Of a stretch of 64,000 bases of DNA, positions 36,645 to 49,217 are shown one piece after another. Below the pieces are notes generated by a model, which ran no database searches, had not been told where the DNA came from, and was given only the letters and a program-made list of their open reading frames with translations. Position 1 is the stretch's first letter; every line of letters starts with the position of its first letter. Origin of the DNA: Phoronis australis (lineage: Eukaryota; Animalia; Phoronida); assembly GCA_002633005.1 (NCBI GenBank), contig NMRA01000001.1, positions 376,625-440,624 of the forward strand, read 5' to 3'. The translations under genes and the position numbers were made by a program.

Positions 36645-39600
36645 CCACGGTTTCTTAAAACTCATCAGTCATATAGTGTTGCACTATCTACAGAAACATA
36701 ACTGCCTTTCCAGCACCATAAGCAACACCTGTTGGACTCACCCATGCACTATCCTATAGGTGGCGCAGAACACAAAACATAATCAGCTTTACAAAATTCA
36801 TAACATAATTCATAGTGATGTTTACACTTCAAAAATGCAAATTAATTGGAGATTAATGTAAATTTTAGGAAAAAGAAATTGCCAATGGTCTGCACAAAAT
36901 TTCAAACAGACATTTTCAATTTCAAAAAAGCTAGTGGTAATTAATTTAATTTTATTTGTAAAAACCTGCTAACATTCAAGATATAGAATGGCGTTATTTA
37001 GCGCACACAAATAAAATGGCAAAATACAGTAGAACTCAACAGACACAGAATACAGCTAAATTTTAACACAACTTGTTATTCTTGCATTCCTTGTTTTAGT
37101 GAAGTCTTAGACAACATTAGTTTACACTTTCTCAATTACTTCAAACTTGTATGATCATAAATTCTTAAAATATATAATTTTGCGATGTGAAATTGAGAAA
37201 TTTCAACAGAGGGCACAGGTAACACACAAACATCAATAATAACCGACGTCACTCAAAAATTGTATAAAAAGGGAATGCTTTTAATAGAAAATTAAAGTCC
37301 CAGAAGAAATGAAATAAAACTCATACTGGCAAGTTGTAATCTATTCTAGTTCACTAAAGGGGTTTTCAGTTTGTCCTGTATATAAGGTGCAAGAGTAAAC
37401 ATTCGTGAATTAAAACAAAACAAACGAAGTGATTTAGCAAAGGGTTTCAAAAGCAACACTGTGAAAAAGTTCCATAGACAGCACTTTACTTGATACAAAA
37501 CACTACACTCAGACTATGGCTTCAGTTTATTGCCATGACGTTGTATTTTTTCAACGTAAGCCAGAGTCACGACAATTAATAAATTTCAAGAAAAACAAAT
37601 CAGCGCTTAGTTGTATCAAGTAAAAACCCTCGTCCTCTAGATGGCATGGGCTGCTGGTTCTATAACATCAGAGTTACTTTAATACAACATACAAAACACA
37701 AATATTTGGCGTAACATTAAAGGGAATGCAGTTTAGACACTGGCGAATCAAACAATTTTATGGTAACTCTTTGCCCATATAGCAGTACAAAATGGGGAAA
37801 TTTTGTTTCATTAAATTTGGCAACAAACTTTACTAAGAACATTTTAAGTCAAGAATTTGTACGGTTTGAAATGAGATGTTCTAAAAGAAGATTTGGTAAG
37901 ATTCCACAATTTGCAGCAATGCCATCGATCTTTAAAAAATAGAAAAATGACTATTTTGAGAATTATTTTTGTGCTAAAATAGCAGAGAATCACCGTAATA
38001 TTGTCGCGACTTTCACTTGATGCTTACAACATAGTTGACAACAGATGGCAGGTGAGTGTACTCCACCGTTTTCTTCAAAAAGATGCGCCAGGCCTCAATA
38101 CCAGGGCTACCCGAAAACTAGATATAAACTTTTTGATATCAGCCTGGCGTCAATCAAACGATGGCGTAACTTTTATAAAATATCACTTCCTCATTTATAC
38201 AAAGTATTGTGATCTGGTTGCAATAAAAAGTTTATTTCACAAAATAAACAGGTACTTAACAGTTGCTGGACCCCCGACTTTAGCAAATAAGAAGGTTAAC
38301 TTTCAAACAACACCATTTTTGAATAAATCAAAAAAAATCATAATCTTTGATTTGGTTGCAAACAATATCCAAAGATGCGTGTCCCAATATTCTCTCACAA
38401 TAATTACAAACTGATGTCTCTAGATAAGTCCGAAGCACTAACAGTCAAGAAATGCCAGTGAATTCAATGCTTTTCTAGAAAAAAATCGAAGTTCTGCGAA
38501 GACTCGTTAAATCTTGTCCGTTTTCAGTTCCAGACAATTCACAACGAATCAAAAATCTTGGTAAAAACAGGGACTCAGCAACTTTGAGTGTGACCACACA
38601 ACATTAAAAAATCTCATAAAACGACACAAAAGCGTGCAATGAGTTCATTTTTAGAGTACATGCACTGACACGTCATAAAAATCAATTCGAACACAGAACA
38701 AGCAAATTCACGACAAAATCAACTTTACCCCCTAGAACATGGGAGAGAGAAAAAAGAAGAGTAGTCAGTATAAAGTCAGCACTCGACAAACAGTTAACTA
38801 ATTACTATATAAAAACAATTAGTTTTTACAAGATTCATCTCGTGGCAGTTTAGCTACTTGAAAGCAGATAAGTTTATGTAGGACCACAATGATAATTCCG
38901 AAAATTTAGCCAAATACCTACAAAACGACGGATTTCAACTCAGTGAGAGTATCAATTTTATGAAAGTAGTTAACTTTTGGATAAAGATTTTTGACTTTGT
39001 TACAATCTGCCCTAGATGGAGTCATGTGGCTTAACGGCAAAACAACGGTAGCAACCACATTCATTGCCAAATATTATCGACAAATGTTCAAGATGAGATC
39101 TCAAAAATGCCGTTTTCTATAGTGTTTTGTTTTTTCAAGCAACTTTATTGTTCCTTCATGATAACTGCAAAAGTGGAACATCTTAAAAAGAATTCCTAAA
39201 AGCAATCTGAACTTCAGTATACAAATTTGGAATTTTTCGAAGGTCCTATACAAACTTAAACAGCTCTGTTGCCCAACTATAATCACATAGCTAATTAAAA
39301 ACACTGTGCACCAAAAAACTGGGGTTAGTCAAAGATTTCAAAAATTTTAAAACAGTTATCTACTTCTTTATTAACCAGAAACGCAAAAAAGGAATTGAGA
39401 TTTCATTTTGCAAAAAAAAAATTTCCTGACGTTTCAAACTGTTCCTACGATGGGTTTCCAAACTTAGACATACGCCAACAAACACCACAGTGGGTGACGT
39501 CAAGCTGATGTGGCAGATGAAACTGTCAGAGATAAAAATGTTTTGTTGTTCAAACAAAACCTTCAATTCCTGTGAATTAGACCAGCCAAAATAGACTACC

Positions 39601-39758
39601 TTCAAGGTGTTCAATTCAAACGTTACGTGGTGAGAACAATTTCTTTTGCTAACACAGAAGACTAAAGCATTCATTTGGATTATCCATCTTACACAGCAGT
39701 GTCTCTGTAATATTCTCCTACAAGCACCTAAACATCTGTCATTACGCTCCCCCCTGCC

Positions 39759-39901
39759 NNNNNNNNNNNNNNNNNNNNNNNNNNNNNNNNNNNNNNNNNN
39801 NNNNNNNNNNNNNNNNNNNNNNNNNNNNNNNNNNNNNNNNNNNNNNNNNNNNNNNNNNNNNNNNNNNNNNNNNNNNNNNNNNNNNNNNNNNNNNNNNNNN
39901 N
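39759..39901. other. Assembly gap (143 N)
   Basis: Run of N; single Ns also occur at 3489 and 15340. Confidence 0.99.
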
Positions 39902-40188
39902 TCCAATATACATAGAACTTCATGTCTTGACTGACTATATATACAAAGTCCAATATACATAGAACTTCATGTCTTGACTTACTATATATACAAAGTCCAA
40001 TATACATAGAACTTCATGTCTTGACTGACTATATATACAAAGTCCAATATACATAGAACTTCATGTCTTGACTTACTATATATACAAAGTCCAATATACA
40101 TAGAACTTCATGTCTTGACTGACTATATATACAAAGTCCAATATACATAGAACTTCATGTCTTGACTGACTATATATACAAATTCCAA
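39902..40188. repeat. 47-bp tandem repeat, at least 6 copies, running into the gap
   Basis: TCCAATATACATAGAACTTCATGTCTTGACT(G/T)ACTATATATACAAAG. Confidence 0.95.
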
Positions 40189-40814
40189 TTCTACATTGAA
40201 TCAACAGGCGTACTTGACAACTGATTATGTCTCATGTTACCCACAATGCAACTCTCTAACACGGCTCGCTTACTGTTGATTCATTCTTTTAGTAACTTAA
40301 TTGTAAAAAATTCTTTTGTATCTTAAGTTTATGGTAATATTGGTGATTAGTCCCATTTTGAAATTAATGGATTAACTGAAGTGGTTCAGCCCCAAGTCTT
40401 TTAAAGAAGTTCGAATAAATAAATTATAAATCAAACACACAATCCACCCAGGCTTTGCTTGAATTTGTCATAATGACTATTGCCTGGTTTTGTTAATAAG
40501 TGAAAAAGTTTAGTTTACAGACACAATACAACACAATACAAAACAATACAATAACGTGTAAAATGTGATGATGTGGAGTTCAGCCAACATAAATGTTTCT
40601 GTTGCCACCAACGCTAATCACAGTTTACACATCATTTGTATTGTTGTATTGTGTTGTGTATCCTATTGTATCTGATGGAAGCACTAGTTTTTCTTCTTCG
40701 AAGAAATCAAATAACTTTAAATCAAAACTTTTAAACTCTTACTTGTGTCTTGATCATAGCATAGAATGTTTTGTGCATGCATGGCTGCTCAATAGCGGGT
40801 GGCGCGTGACTCAC

Positions 40815-40955
40815 CTTTTTCTTGAGAGTATTAAAGTTGTCAATAATGACACCAATGAAGAGGTTGAGGGTGAAGAATGTACCAACGATGATGAACATAA
40901 GGAAGAAGACGTACCATCCCTCTGACGCAAACTCGCACGGCTGGAGATCAGGGAT
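40815..40955 (-). CDS. Nav2: Nav2 exon: DIII S6
   Basis: IPDLQPCEF...[21 protein letters not shown]; gcag|..|gtgagt. Confidence 0.95.
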
Positions 40956-41362
40956 CTGCCGATAGCAACAGACACTGTTGTCATAGTAATCAACATAGTA
41001 TCTAGTATGGCAACAATTACCACGGATATTCTTTATCTCATTTGCCAAATAACATGCTATTGAGCAGTGTACTAAGTAAAGCTAAAAATGTAATGTGTAA
41101 AACTAGACATGCAAATTTACTATGTAAAAAACGTACCTCCAAAAAGGTTCCACTCAAAAACACGAACTAAGATTTTAAAAGACACGTGCCGCTGAGGCTT
41201 GCAAGGGAAGCAATAACCAATCCCTCTCTCTAAGCTCAGAAATCAAATTGAACTTAATTCAGGGACTATTTTGAGAGTAGCAGCAAGTGCATATCATCTG
41301 AAGTAAATCATTTTTCTAACAGAAGGCAGACTCCTGCTTCACATAGTCCCAATCTTCCCTAC

Positions 41363-41806
41363 CTCTTCACTGCGCATGTCCGTAGCGTCCTCCATAATTT
41401 CCATCCATCCTTCAAAGGTGGCAATCTGGAAAAGCGCCAACAGGCCAACAAAGACGTTGTCAAAGTTCACTTTGGAGTTGGTCCATGTGTAATTGTTAGC
41501 TAAGCACTCGGTCTTGTTTGGGATGATGCTGCAGTTGATCTTGGCGCCATCGTCATCAATGCACTTGTAAAACTTGCCTTTGAACACTTGCATTCCCATA
41601 ATGCTAAATATGAGCCAGAACACAAAGCAGACGAGAAGAACGTTGACCAATGAGGGGATGGCAAAGAGTAGAGCGTTCACCACAACCTTCATGCCTTGGT
41701 ATCGTGAGATGACGCGCAGCGGACGGAGCGCACGGAATGCCCGCAATGCACGGAACACGGACGACTTGAAGCCAAGGGTGTCGACGACGATACTGACAAT
41801 GGAGAT
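41363..41806 (-). CDS. Nav2: Nav2 exon: DIII S3-S5 and pore loop
   Basis: RALRAFRALRPLR...FDNV..LALFQIATFEGWMEIM; ccag|..|gtaggg. Confidence 0.96.
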
Positions 41807-42219
41807 CTGGAATTAGGTCACAAGAATTCATAAGAGCAGTCATATTCGAGTATTAACACACCTACAGAGTCACAAAGTGGCCTTTAAGTATTGAATTTAA
41901 ACATTCAGGTATCATTGAGTACACCTCACCTGATTCTCTATATACTTAAGCCGTGCAGTCTCTGACCAGCATGAAAGGCTAAGGCTTTGGTCCAGAAGCA
42001 TTTTTAGCCGATAATTCTGAAAATTGTTCAGTGAAAAAATGCTATAATGTTCCCTTTTCTAAAAGGTCATAACAGCTTGGAATAGTGCATTGTTCATAAA
42101 AATCCAAACCAGAGATGGAGAGACCACTAATTATTCTTACAAAGAGAGTGATATAGCGCGCAACTATTGTACTAACAGTTAGTACGCATGCTTTTGTCCA
42201 AAAGCAGGACTATACTTAC

Positions 42220-42396
42220 AGAGACAATGATAAAGTCGAGTATACTCCAGCCATTAGAAAAGTAGACCTTAAAGCCCTGAGAGATCCACTTGATGACCAT
42301 CTCAAGTGTAAAGAGAGCGGCAAACACGTAGTTAGAGTACTTAATGGTCAGCTGGAACTCTATGGGATACTCCTCTAAGTAGATGTCTTCAAAGCA
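42220..42396 (-). CDS. Nav2: Nav2 exon: DIII S2-S3
   Basis: CFEDIYL...EMVIKW...YFSNGWSILDFIIVS; tcag|..|gtaagt. Confidence 0.95.
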
Positions 42397-43340
42397 CTGA
42401 AACCAGATGGATTACAAAATACAGCCAGTGCTGTATAAATAACATGTGTCTTGTAGGCTCTACACTAACTTTAAAAGGATACTTAAACCCTGTTTTGACA
42501 ATTTCAACCAATTATCATTCTGTCACTGGCTAATACACTGTTGGTGTTAATTTTGAAACAAAAAAACAGGAATCAAGTAAAAACTCATACTCCGTATGAA
42601 TCAGATCTGATATTACGGCTCTTGGTTGGTGGTCTTTACCCACAGTTCCTCTGTATAATTCGCTGAAAGCGTAAGTCACACTTGCCCGTGTAGCAAACTT
42701 CGAAAGGAGTTTTCGAATTTTTCTCCAAATTCTTGTGGGTTGCCGAGGGTTACTGAGCATTCTTTTATTGCACAGAATCAGACTGGGAAGTTATTTTTAA
42801 TATCTGCTAATCGACCAAACCCGGTTAAGGCGTACTTTTATTAATTAAGCTCTGTTAAACACCCACAGTTGCTTATTTGACAATGAACTTAACACCCAGG
42901 CAGGGCTGAGTCATTTGCATTACCTTAACTTGATTAAATACACAGGATATCGATATTCTTTCCACAGCTTCTACGTTTAACTCGTAAAATCGGCAACAAA
43001 AGGTCGGCTTAAAGTTTGTATTGACCTGTTAACGTCGGGCACTAATTTGAGTCTGGTTGTGCTGTACTCAAGACCAGGCGTTTAGCCAAGACGAGAAGGT
43101 AAATAGAAAATTTCCACAATCGCTTCAACATGTTTTGAAAAAAATACATAGTTGCATTTTTTATAACAATAGCCAATTGACTGGTATAAGTTGATGGAAA
43201 TTTAATGACATCGTGTATTTACATTTTATAAAAAATTGCAATTTAAGTCTCAAAACTTATGCACGACTCCCTGCTTTTAGGAAAACGAAAGTAGGAAGAT
43301 CAGCTAATGAATTTAAATAAAATAACATGGCTATACTTAC

Positions 43341-43479
43341 CAAAGAGAGGCTGCTTAGAATGATGAGCACAATGACTATCCCTTCAAATGCCTTGTGTTC
43401 CACCACTTTCAACAGAGTACCACGGAACTTTGTGAACTTGGTCTCAAAATTGGATCCCTCGTAGGACCTCCAACATTTT
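43341..43479 (-). CDS. Nav2: Nav2 exon: DIII S1
   Basis: KCWR...VEHKAFEGIVIVLIILSSLSL; ttag|..|gtaagt. Confidence 0.94.
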
Positions 43480-43965
43480 CTAAAGTCAAATGAAATCATT
43501 TAAAGAAAAAGAGAAAGGGTGAGATCTGAATATTTGGATTCAACATATTTTTCCTTAGAAAACAGCCTTTTGAAACATGTCAATATTTGGCTTATTTTGG
43601 TTCAAAATAAGCGAAGAATTATCTTATCTTTCTCTTTCACAGAGTGTTTTCTGGCATAGAAAATTTTCCCAAAAAAGTATATCTTGTTTTGTCGATGATA
43701 GTTTCCACCAAGCACAATTGAATCCACAAACACTACACGAGACTCAAAAAACAAGAGTTTTTGTCCTCAAAACTCCCAACATACACGTTCCCCACAACTC
43801 CTTTATCATTTTCCAAGCAATGAAAATAAATGTCACCTTTCTGTTTTTTACAATGGGTTAACAAGTAACAATTAAGTTATAGACCGAACTAATGAGTCCC
43901 GTTAACTTGGGTCCCACCCCTGGCCTGTCCTCTCACCGTGAGACAATCCTTCCTCAAACACTTAC

Positions 43966-44129
43966 GGTTTGTAGCAGCATTTTGGGCAGCAGTCATGCAG
44001 TACCATGTCATCGTCTATGTCATCCATGTCCTCAACTACGATTGGTCCTTTGGACTCTTCACCGTCCTTTTCCGTCACACTTTCTTTGTCATCGCCTTCT
44101 TTACATTCGCCGTCTTCCTCACTCTTCAT
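43966..44129 (-). CDS. Nav2: Nav2 exon: acidic II-III linker
   Basis: MKSEEDGE...HDCCPKCCYKP; acag|..|gtaagt; phase matches the next exon. Confidence 0.88.
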
Positions 44130-44822
44130 CTGTGGAGATAAGAAAAGAGTACAAACCAGCACTCACTTAGATAGCACGAACATACACAAATTCGATCTAA
44201 TTCTCAAGTTCAAAATGGGCCACAAAAAATACATAGTTGGTTCTGGCCGAGACAGGTGGTGAACTACTTTTTGGAAACTGAGTCAGAAAACAAAATCCAC
44301 GCAAGACGAGCAAAAATAATGTAGGATTTTTCTTTATACTCATCGTTTAGCAAATCACCGCATTTCACACTTTGCTCACATGTCTACATACAGCTATTCA
44401 CACACAAACCCTTGGCAGCTGAAATTGATTCATGAGGGCAATTTTTCACTCGGTGAACGCTGCTCTCAAAATGAGTCGGGGTAGAGACTAGACCCAATTA
44501 TGCTTTTTGGCCTTAAATTGTGATTAAATTATAAAAGTCAAAGGGTATGCATTCAGTAACAACACTACAAAATTTTACGTTATGATCACGTTTTATTTAT
44601 AAAACTTTTTTTCAACCTGTTCTAAGCTATTGCAAACAAAAAAATCCTTAAAGCCAGGTTTTAACTTTTTCGAGGTTTCAAAAGTCCCTAACTCAGCTGA
44701 GACCTCAGTGAACGTTTCAAAAATTAGACACAAGAAGAATATCAAACCTTGTCACATTTTTCACCGTCCTCTTCACTTGTAACGATCACAACTGGGGTTG
44801 GCTGATCCTCATTGGTTGATAC

Positions 44823-44936
44823 CTTGGAGCGGCTGGCGAATGGGCTTGAGCGATTCTCGCTGGCCTTCATGGCGCTGTCAAATTTGGCAAACTGATCACG
44901 CTGTGTACTAAATGCTTGGTCTATTGACTTGGAACT
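44823..44936 (-). CDS. Nav2: Nav2 exon: II-III linker (donor position less certain)
   Basis: ttcccag|SSKSIDQAFSTQRDQFAKFDSAMKASENRSSPFASRSK|gtatca; phase 0-0. Confidence 0.7.
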
Positions 44937-45983
44937 CTGGGAAGAGAAAAATTACTCAGTTAGACAGGTAAACGACAAATTAATCGTTGAGGGCTAACAC
45001 CAAATACAAACTATGTAACTGCAGCTGTAGGAAAATCAATAACTCAATACTTGAGGGGTATTCGTCCAATTTTGAATGAAGAGTGATGAACTGGAGTGCA
45101 CGCTTGAATGTGTGACATTCCTTAAGAATTTTTACTCACAAAAGTTATCCCTCCACGACGATTGTTCGATTGTTCGCCTGGACTAAAAATTTTCAAACCC
45201 TTATCATAAACAATATCTAACTACAATAAGCACTGGGCTAATTGCTGACAGACACATCACACCCATACTCCAAAACCACACATGAATGGATGGAACTACT
45301 TTTGACCAGCTGCATCAGTTTAATAAACAAACTAAATAGACGACTTTACGTCCGAATTAACCGAATAACCGAAGAACTTATTTTTACGCTTGAATAATCT
45401 GATAAAATTTGTTCACGTTTCATATAGAGTGGAGTATTCTTCTTTTTCTTCAACAACAAGATTTTTTAAATCAAACGTTGCCTGTAAATTATTAATTCTT
45501 TTGTTCTCATTATTCATAAGTTGATAAAGTGTCTAGTTTTTGGAATTTTGACCTTTCCTTTCTATTTAGTCCGTTCAATTAATGTTATTAGTGAAATGAA
45601 CATTTTCACAAGAAGCCAAATTGTTTTCATAAAGCTCTTTAGAAACTTCAGAGTTCAGCTTTTTGCAGAGAAATGTTCCTTTTCAGATTTTAGGTGTGTT
45701 CCCTGCAACAGAATCTAAAATAAAAGAGTAGGAAACAACCAGATGACCACCTGGGATTGCCACTTTTAAGGCCAGGGGATACTTTGATTTGCTGTTATAA
45801 GAATCAAACAAAAGTACCATTAAGAAATTTTTTAGTTTTGTCATAAAAAAGTTGATAAAGTTTTCATTAACTGAAGCTAGGTAATCATCCTTCGAAAACG
45901 ATCATTTTGGCAATAATTTTGATGCGAAATAATTGACAAATTATGGCAAATATAAGCAAAGTGTGTCGTGGATTGAGGCCTAC

Positions 45984-46337
45984 CTTCAAGATGCCATTGG
46001 CAGGTTTCTGTTCTGTTGCCACCTCTCCGTTAGAGTTGACAGGCTGCAGCTCAAGACCGTTGGTGATCATGGCGTCACCATCCGTCTCACTCTCGCTCCA
46101 TGTCGCCGATATGGTGAACTTGACTGCTGGTGTTCGGTCGCCATTGGCAGAGAGAAGTTTACCGTTGTTGGTGGGGGTGGTGGCAGTGATGGTGCCGTCT
46201 TCAACTTTGTTGGCTTCCAGGTCCATGTGATCCTTGCTGGCCTCTTTCTCATCGTCGACCGTCAGCGACTTGTTTGAATAAGTTAGCGACGCGCGAGAGC
46301 TCATCTTCAAATCGTGAACAGATGGTGAGATTGCGCG
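45984..46337 (-). CDS. Nav2: Nav2 exon: II-III linker
   Basis: RAISPSVHDLK...ANGILK; ttcag|..|gtaggc; 354 nt. Confidence 0.85.
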
Positions 46338-46470
46338 CTGAAAAACAGACACAGTTATACGCTTATTTACCGTTTGTTTAGGTATTTAACATGGTCACTT
46401 GGCGTTCTAATTAATATACACATGACGGAACAATGGACTAGATTGTCATGACAAAAACAAGTTTCTGTAC

Positions 46471-46635
46471 CTGTTTCCGACAGCAACAACGGCCACAGCT
46501 ACATGCTAGCCTGATACTAGCCAATAACTTCTTAACTTTGCTCTCTTCTTTGTCCTTGACCTCACTGTCATCATTCTCGCGCAGTGAGTCACTGCCAAAC
46601 GAGTTCAACAACATGGCGAGGAAGAGATTCAGCAC
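46471..46635 (-). CDS. Nav2: Nav2 exon: end of DII S6 plus Cys cluster
   Basis: VLNLFLAMLLNSF...CSCGRCCCRKQ. Confidence 0.93.
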
Positions 46636-47149
46636 CTGTGGACATGAGATATTAAGGTTTAAGTCGTTATTTAGTTCCAACATTTAGAAGGACAATTTTA
46701 AACTGGATAGAATAACTTGTACAATTGCATAGCATCATTGCAAAGTAATTGCTGCTTTCTGAAAGACATCAACGTAAAAAAATTCCAAATCATTTTTTAC
46801 ATACATACACGTAACTTCTCAATAGACATTCCAGAAAATAGATACATTTAAGGTAGCTCTAGGTCCACGAGCCAACCAAGTCACGACAAAAATGGCCAAC
46901 CCCCTTGCACCACTATGCAGTGACCTGTACAGGGATACATCTTGTCACTTTATATACATCAGTTTTAAAAAAAGTTGACAACTTACAGCAAAATGTGTCT
47001 GCCTTATGGTGAAAACCAAGAATGAAGACAAACGAAAAATAACTCAAATTGAATATTAGCCGGAATTTTTGGCAATTTTCAACAATAAAAAATGTAACTG
47101 TTTCTTTCAAAACTCCCCGACATAACACAGTACCAATTTAATCACTTAC

Positions 47150-47300
47150 TATGTAGTTGCCAAAGACCAGTGTTACTAGGAATAGAGGGTAACAACCTCC
47201 GTCGCCGACCTTTAGACAGTCCCACAATGGCTCGATCCATTCTCCGCACAGAATGCGGAACACCATCAGGAACGAATGGGGTGCGTCTTTAAAGTGCCAC
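47150..47300 (-). CDS. Nav2: Nav2 exon: DII pore loop-S6
   Basis: RWHFKDAPHSFLMVFRILCGEWIEPLWDC. Confidence 0.96.
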
Positions 47301-47920
47301 CTGATGGGCAAAGTTTGAAACACTTCTATATGAGACAACCGGTGGCTTCATGCGGTTTTAAATCTTGAATTCACAATTTTTAATATCACAGCAAATTTTT
47401 CTTAAAAACTACTGGTTATTTTTTACCATACCTGTACTAAACAGACTTGATTTGAATTGCAAAATATAGTCCTTTTGAGTGAAAACAGTTCACAGTAATT
47501 CCAAAGTACTTTCGGTAAAGTTGCAAGCAATGAAATTTTGGAAAATCTATTCTGCTCCAAAAAGATCCATCGATCTCAATAGTTTTTAACAACATTCAAA
47601 CTCAATTAATAAAAAAGATATCAGCAGACCTTGGGTCATTTGTAAACAAAGGTTTAAAACATTATTATAACCACTGATGCAATAAAAAGAGACACTTTAA
47701 ATCCAGCAACAACAAATGATGACATCAAAAGCAGTGTGTTAGAAAGCTTGTTAGGGTACAACCAAGCATTAGTAAGCTGGTAGAGGGAAAGCAATTATTA
47801 ATTTTGCTAAATAGCGAACCAACAATAAAAGCACATTTAAGCGTATATTTGACTTCTAGGAAATTACAAAAGCTAATTTCAAGGTGGTTTAAGTCTTGGC
47901 AGAACAGGACAGCAAGCCAA

Positions 47921-48015
47921 CAATTAGTAACTAATGAGTAACTAATTACTTAAGTAAGTAACTAATTAGTAATAACTAACTAAGGTACTAATTACTAGTA
48001 AGTAACTAATTACTA
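47921..48015. repeat. AT-rich degenerate repeat rich in TAATTA/AGTAACT
   Basis: Repeated AGTAACTAATTA-like words. Confidence 0.7.
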
Positions 48016-48958
48016 CTGATCATTTAAAAAAGCTGATAGTTTACATTGCTTCAGCTTAGACAATCGACAGGAAACGAGGAACTTTCTAGAACAATGTCTT
48101 GCAGTGAGTAAGGCAAAAGTCAATGCACAGATGTCTGAGAAGACCTGGCAAAAACATTTAAGCGCAATCCTCAATAGCTAAAACAAATATCTCAAAATTT
48201 ATCAAATGCGTATTTCAAGGGTTCTCAACTATATTTTTGACGGGTGTTTTTTAGGCTTGGAAATCAGGATTGCTAAAATTTTTGACAGCTTCCATGGAAA
48301 AGGTCATCCCTTTATAGAGTTGTGGTTTAATTTGTTTCTAAGAGAAGATTGGAAAAGATAAGTATGATTTGAGGATTTAATAAGAAATTACTGAACCAAC
48401 TTAGGGCCGCTCCTGGCTATGAAAATCACCTGCATAGTTGCTTAACGAACTCTCACGAAGTTGAAAGATATGGAAAAAATTTGCAAATGATACGAAAAAT
48501 GAATGCTATATGCTTTTTCCACTCAGGGAAATGGAGTACCCACTGGATTCCAGAAAGGCTGACTACACGGGATATTTTACAAGCACACGGGTCACTCATA
48601 CGTGAGTATGCGGTTAGAAGTACACTTGAACTCCTCTAACACGCTGGTTACTTCAAATGATCACAGTGTCGCACACTTTCAGTTCTTTGGATCTGCGATG
48701 AGTGGGAATTAATTTCTAAGCTACATTTCATTCTAAAAACTAAATAATTAGTAAATCTAAATTTCCAAAACACGCTTTGTGTCTAGGCACCTAATGTTAG
48801 TATCTGCTACAAGTACATCATTCATAAATATCTATGGTGATTTCTGGTCCTGTTATGAGTATAAAACAATTGCTCTCCACATTCTAATAATGTCTCATTT
48901 GGTTTACAACTTACAGTCCTAAGAACTAACACGCTTGTTAGACGGCTCGGTGATTTAA

Positions 48959-49017
48959 TGACCTAACAGTGACCTATGAACTCGGTGACCTATGAACTCG
49001 GTGACCTATGAACTCGG
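48959..49017. repeat. 16-bp tandem repeat x3 made of nuclear-receptor half-sites
   Basis: TGACCTaacag(TGACCTaTGAACTcgg)x3, next to the exon-B donor. Confidence 0.85.
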
Positions 49018-49023
49018 TTTTAC

Positions 49024-49217
49024 CTTGGAACGGGTTCAGGAGCAAAATTGGCCTCCGTATAATTCTTGCCATATAACTGCATACCGAGAATGGCAAAGAT
49101 ATAGAGGACTATGACGAGGATGAGAGTGAGGTTGGTTAACGCGCCGAGCGTGTCGAGAATGATGGAGAGAAGCAGGCGCATAGTCGTCCACGACTGAGCC
49201 AGCTTGAAGATACGAAG
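49024..49217 (-). CDS. Nav2: Nav2 DII S4-S5-turret exon, copy B (canonical-looking)
   Basis: [34 protein letters not shown]...[21 protein letters not shown]; phase 0 to 2; 194 nt. Confidence 0.95.

Noticed and set aside
37500-37570. TLKKYNVM-like minus-strand peptide resembling the III-IV linker
   Set aside because: In-frame stop and no splice sites
44745-44822. Coding-like extension VSTNEDQPTPVVIVTSEEDGEKM past the 44823 donor
   Set aside because: It ends in TGA, and the internal donor (phase 1) is out of frame with the next exon; cannot be supported without transcripts
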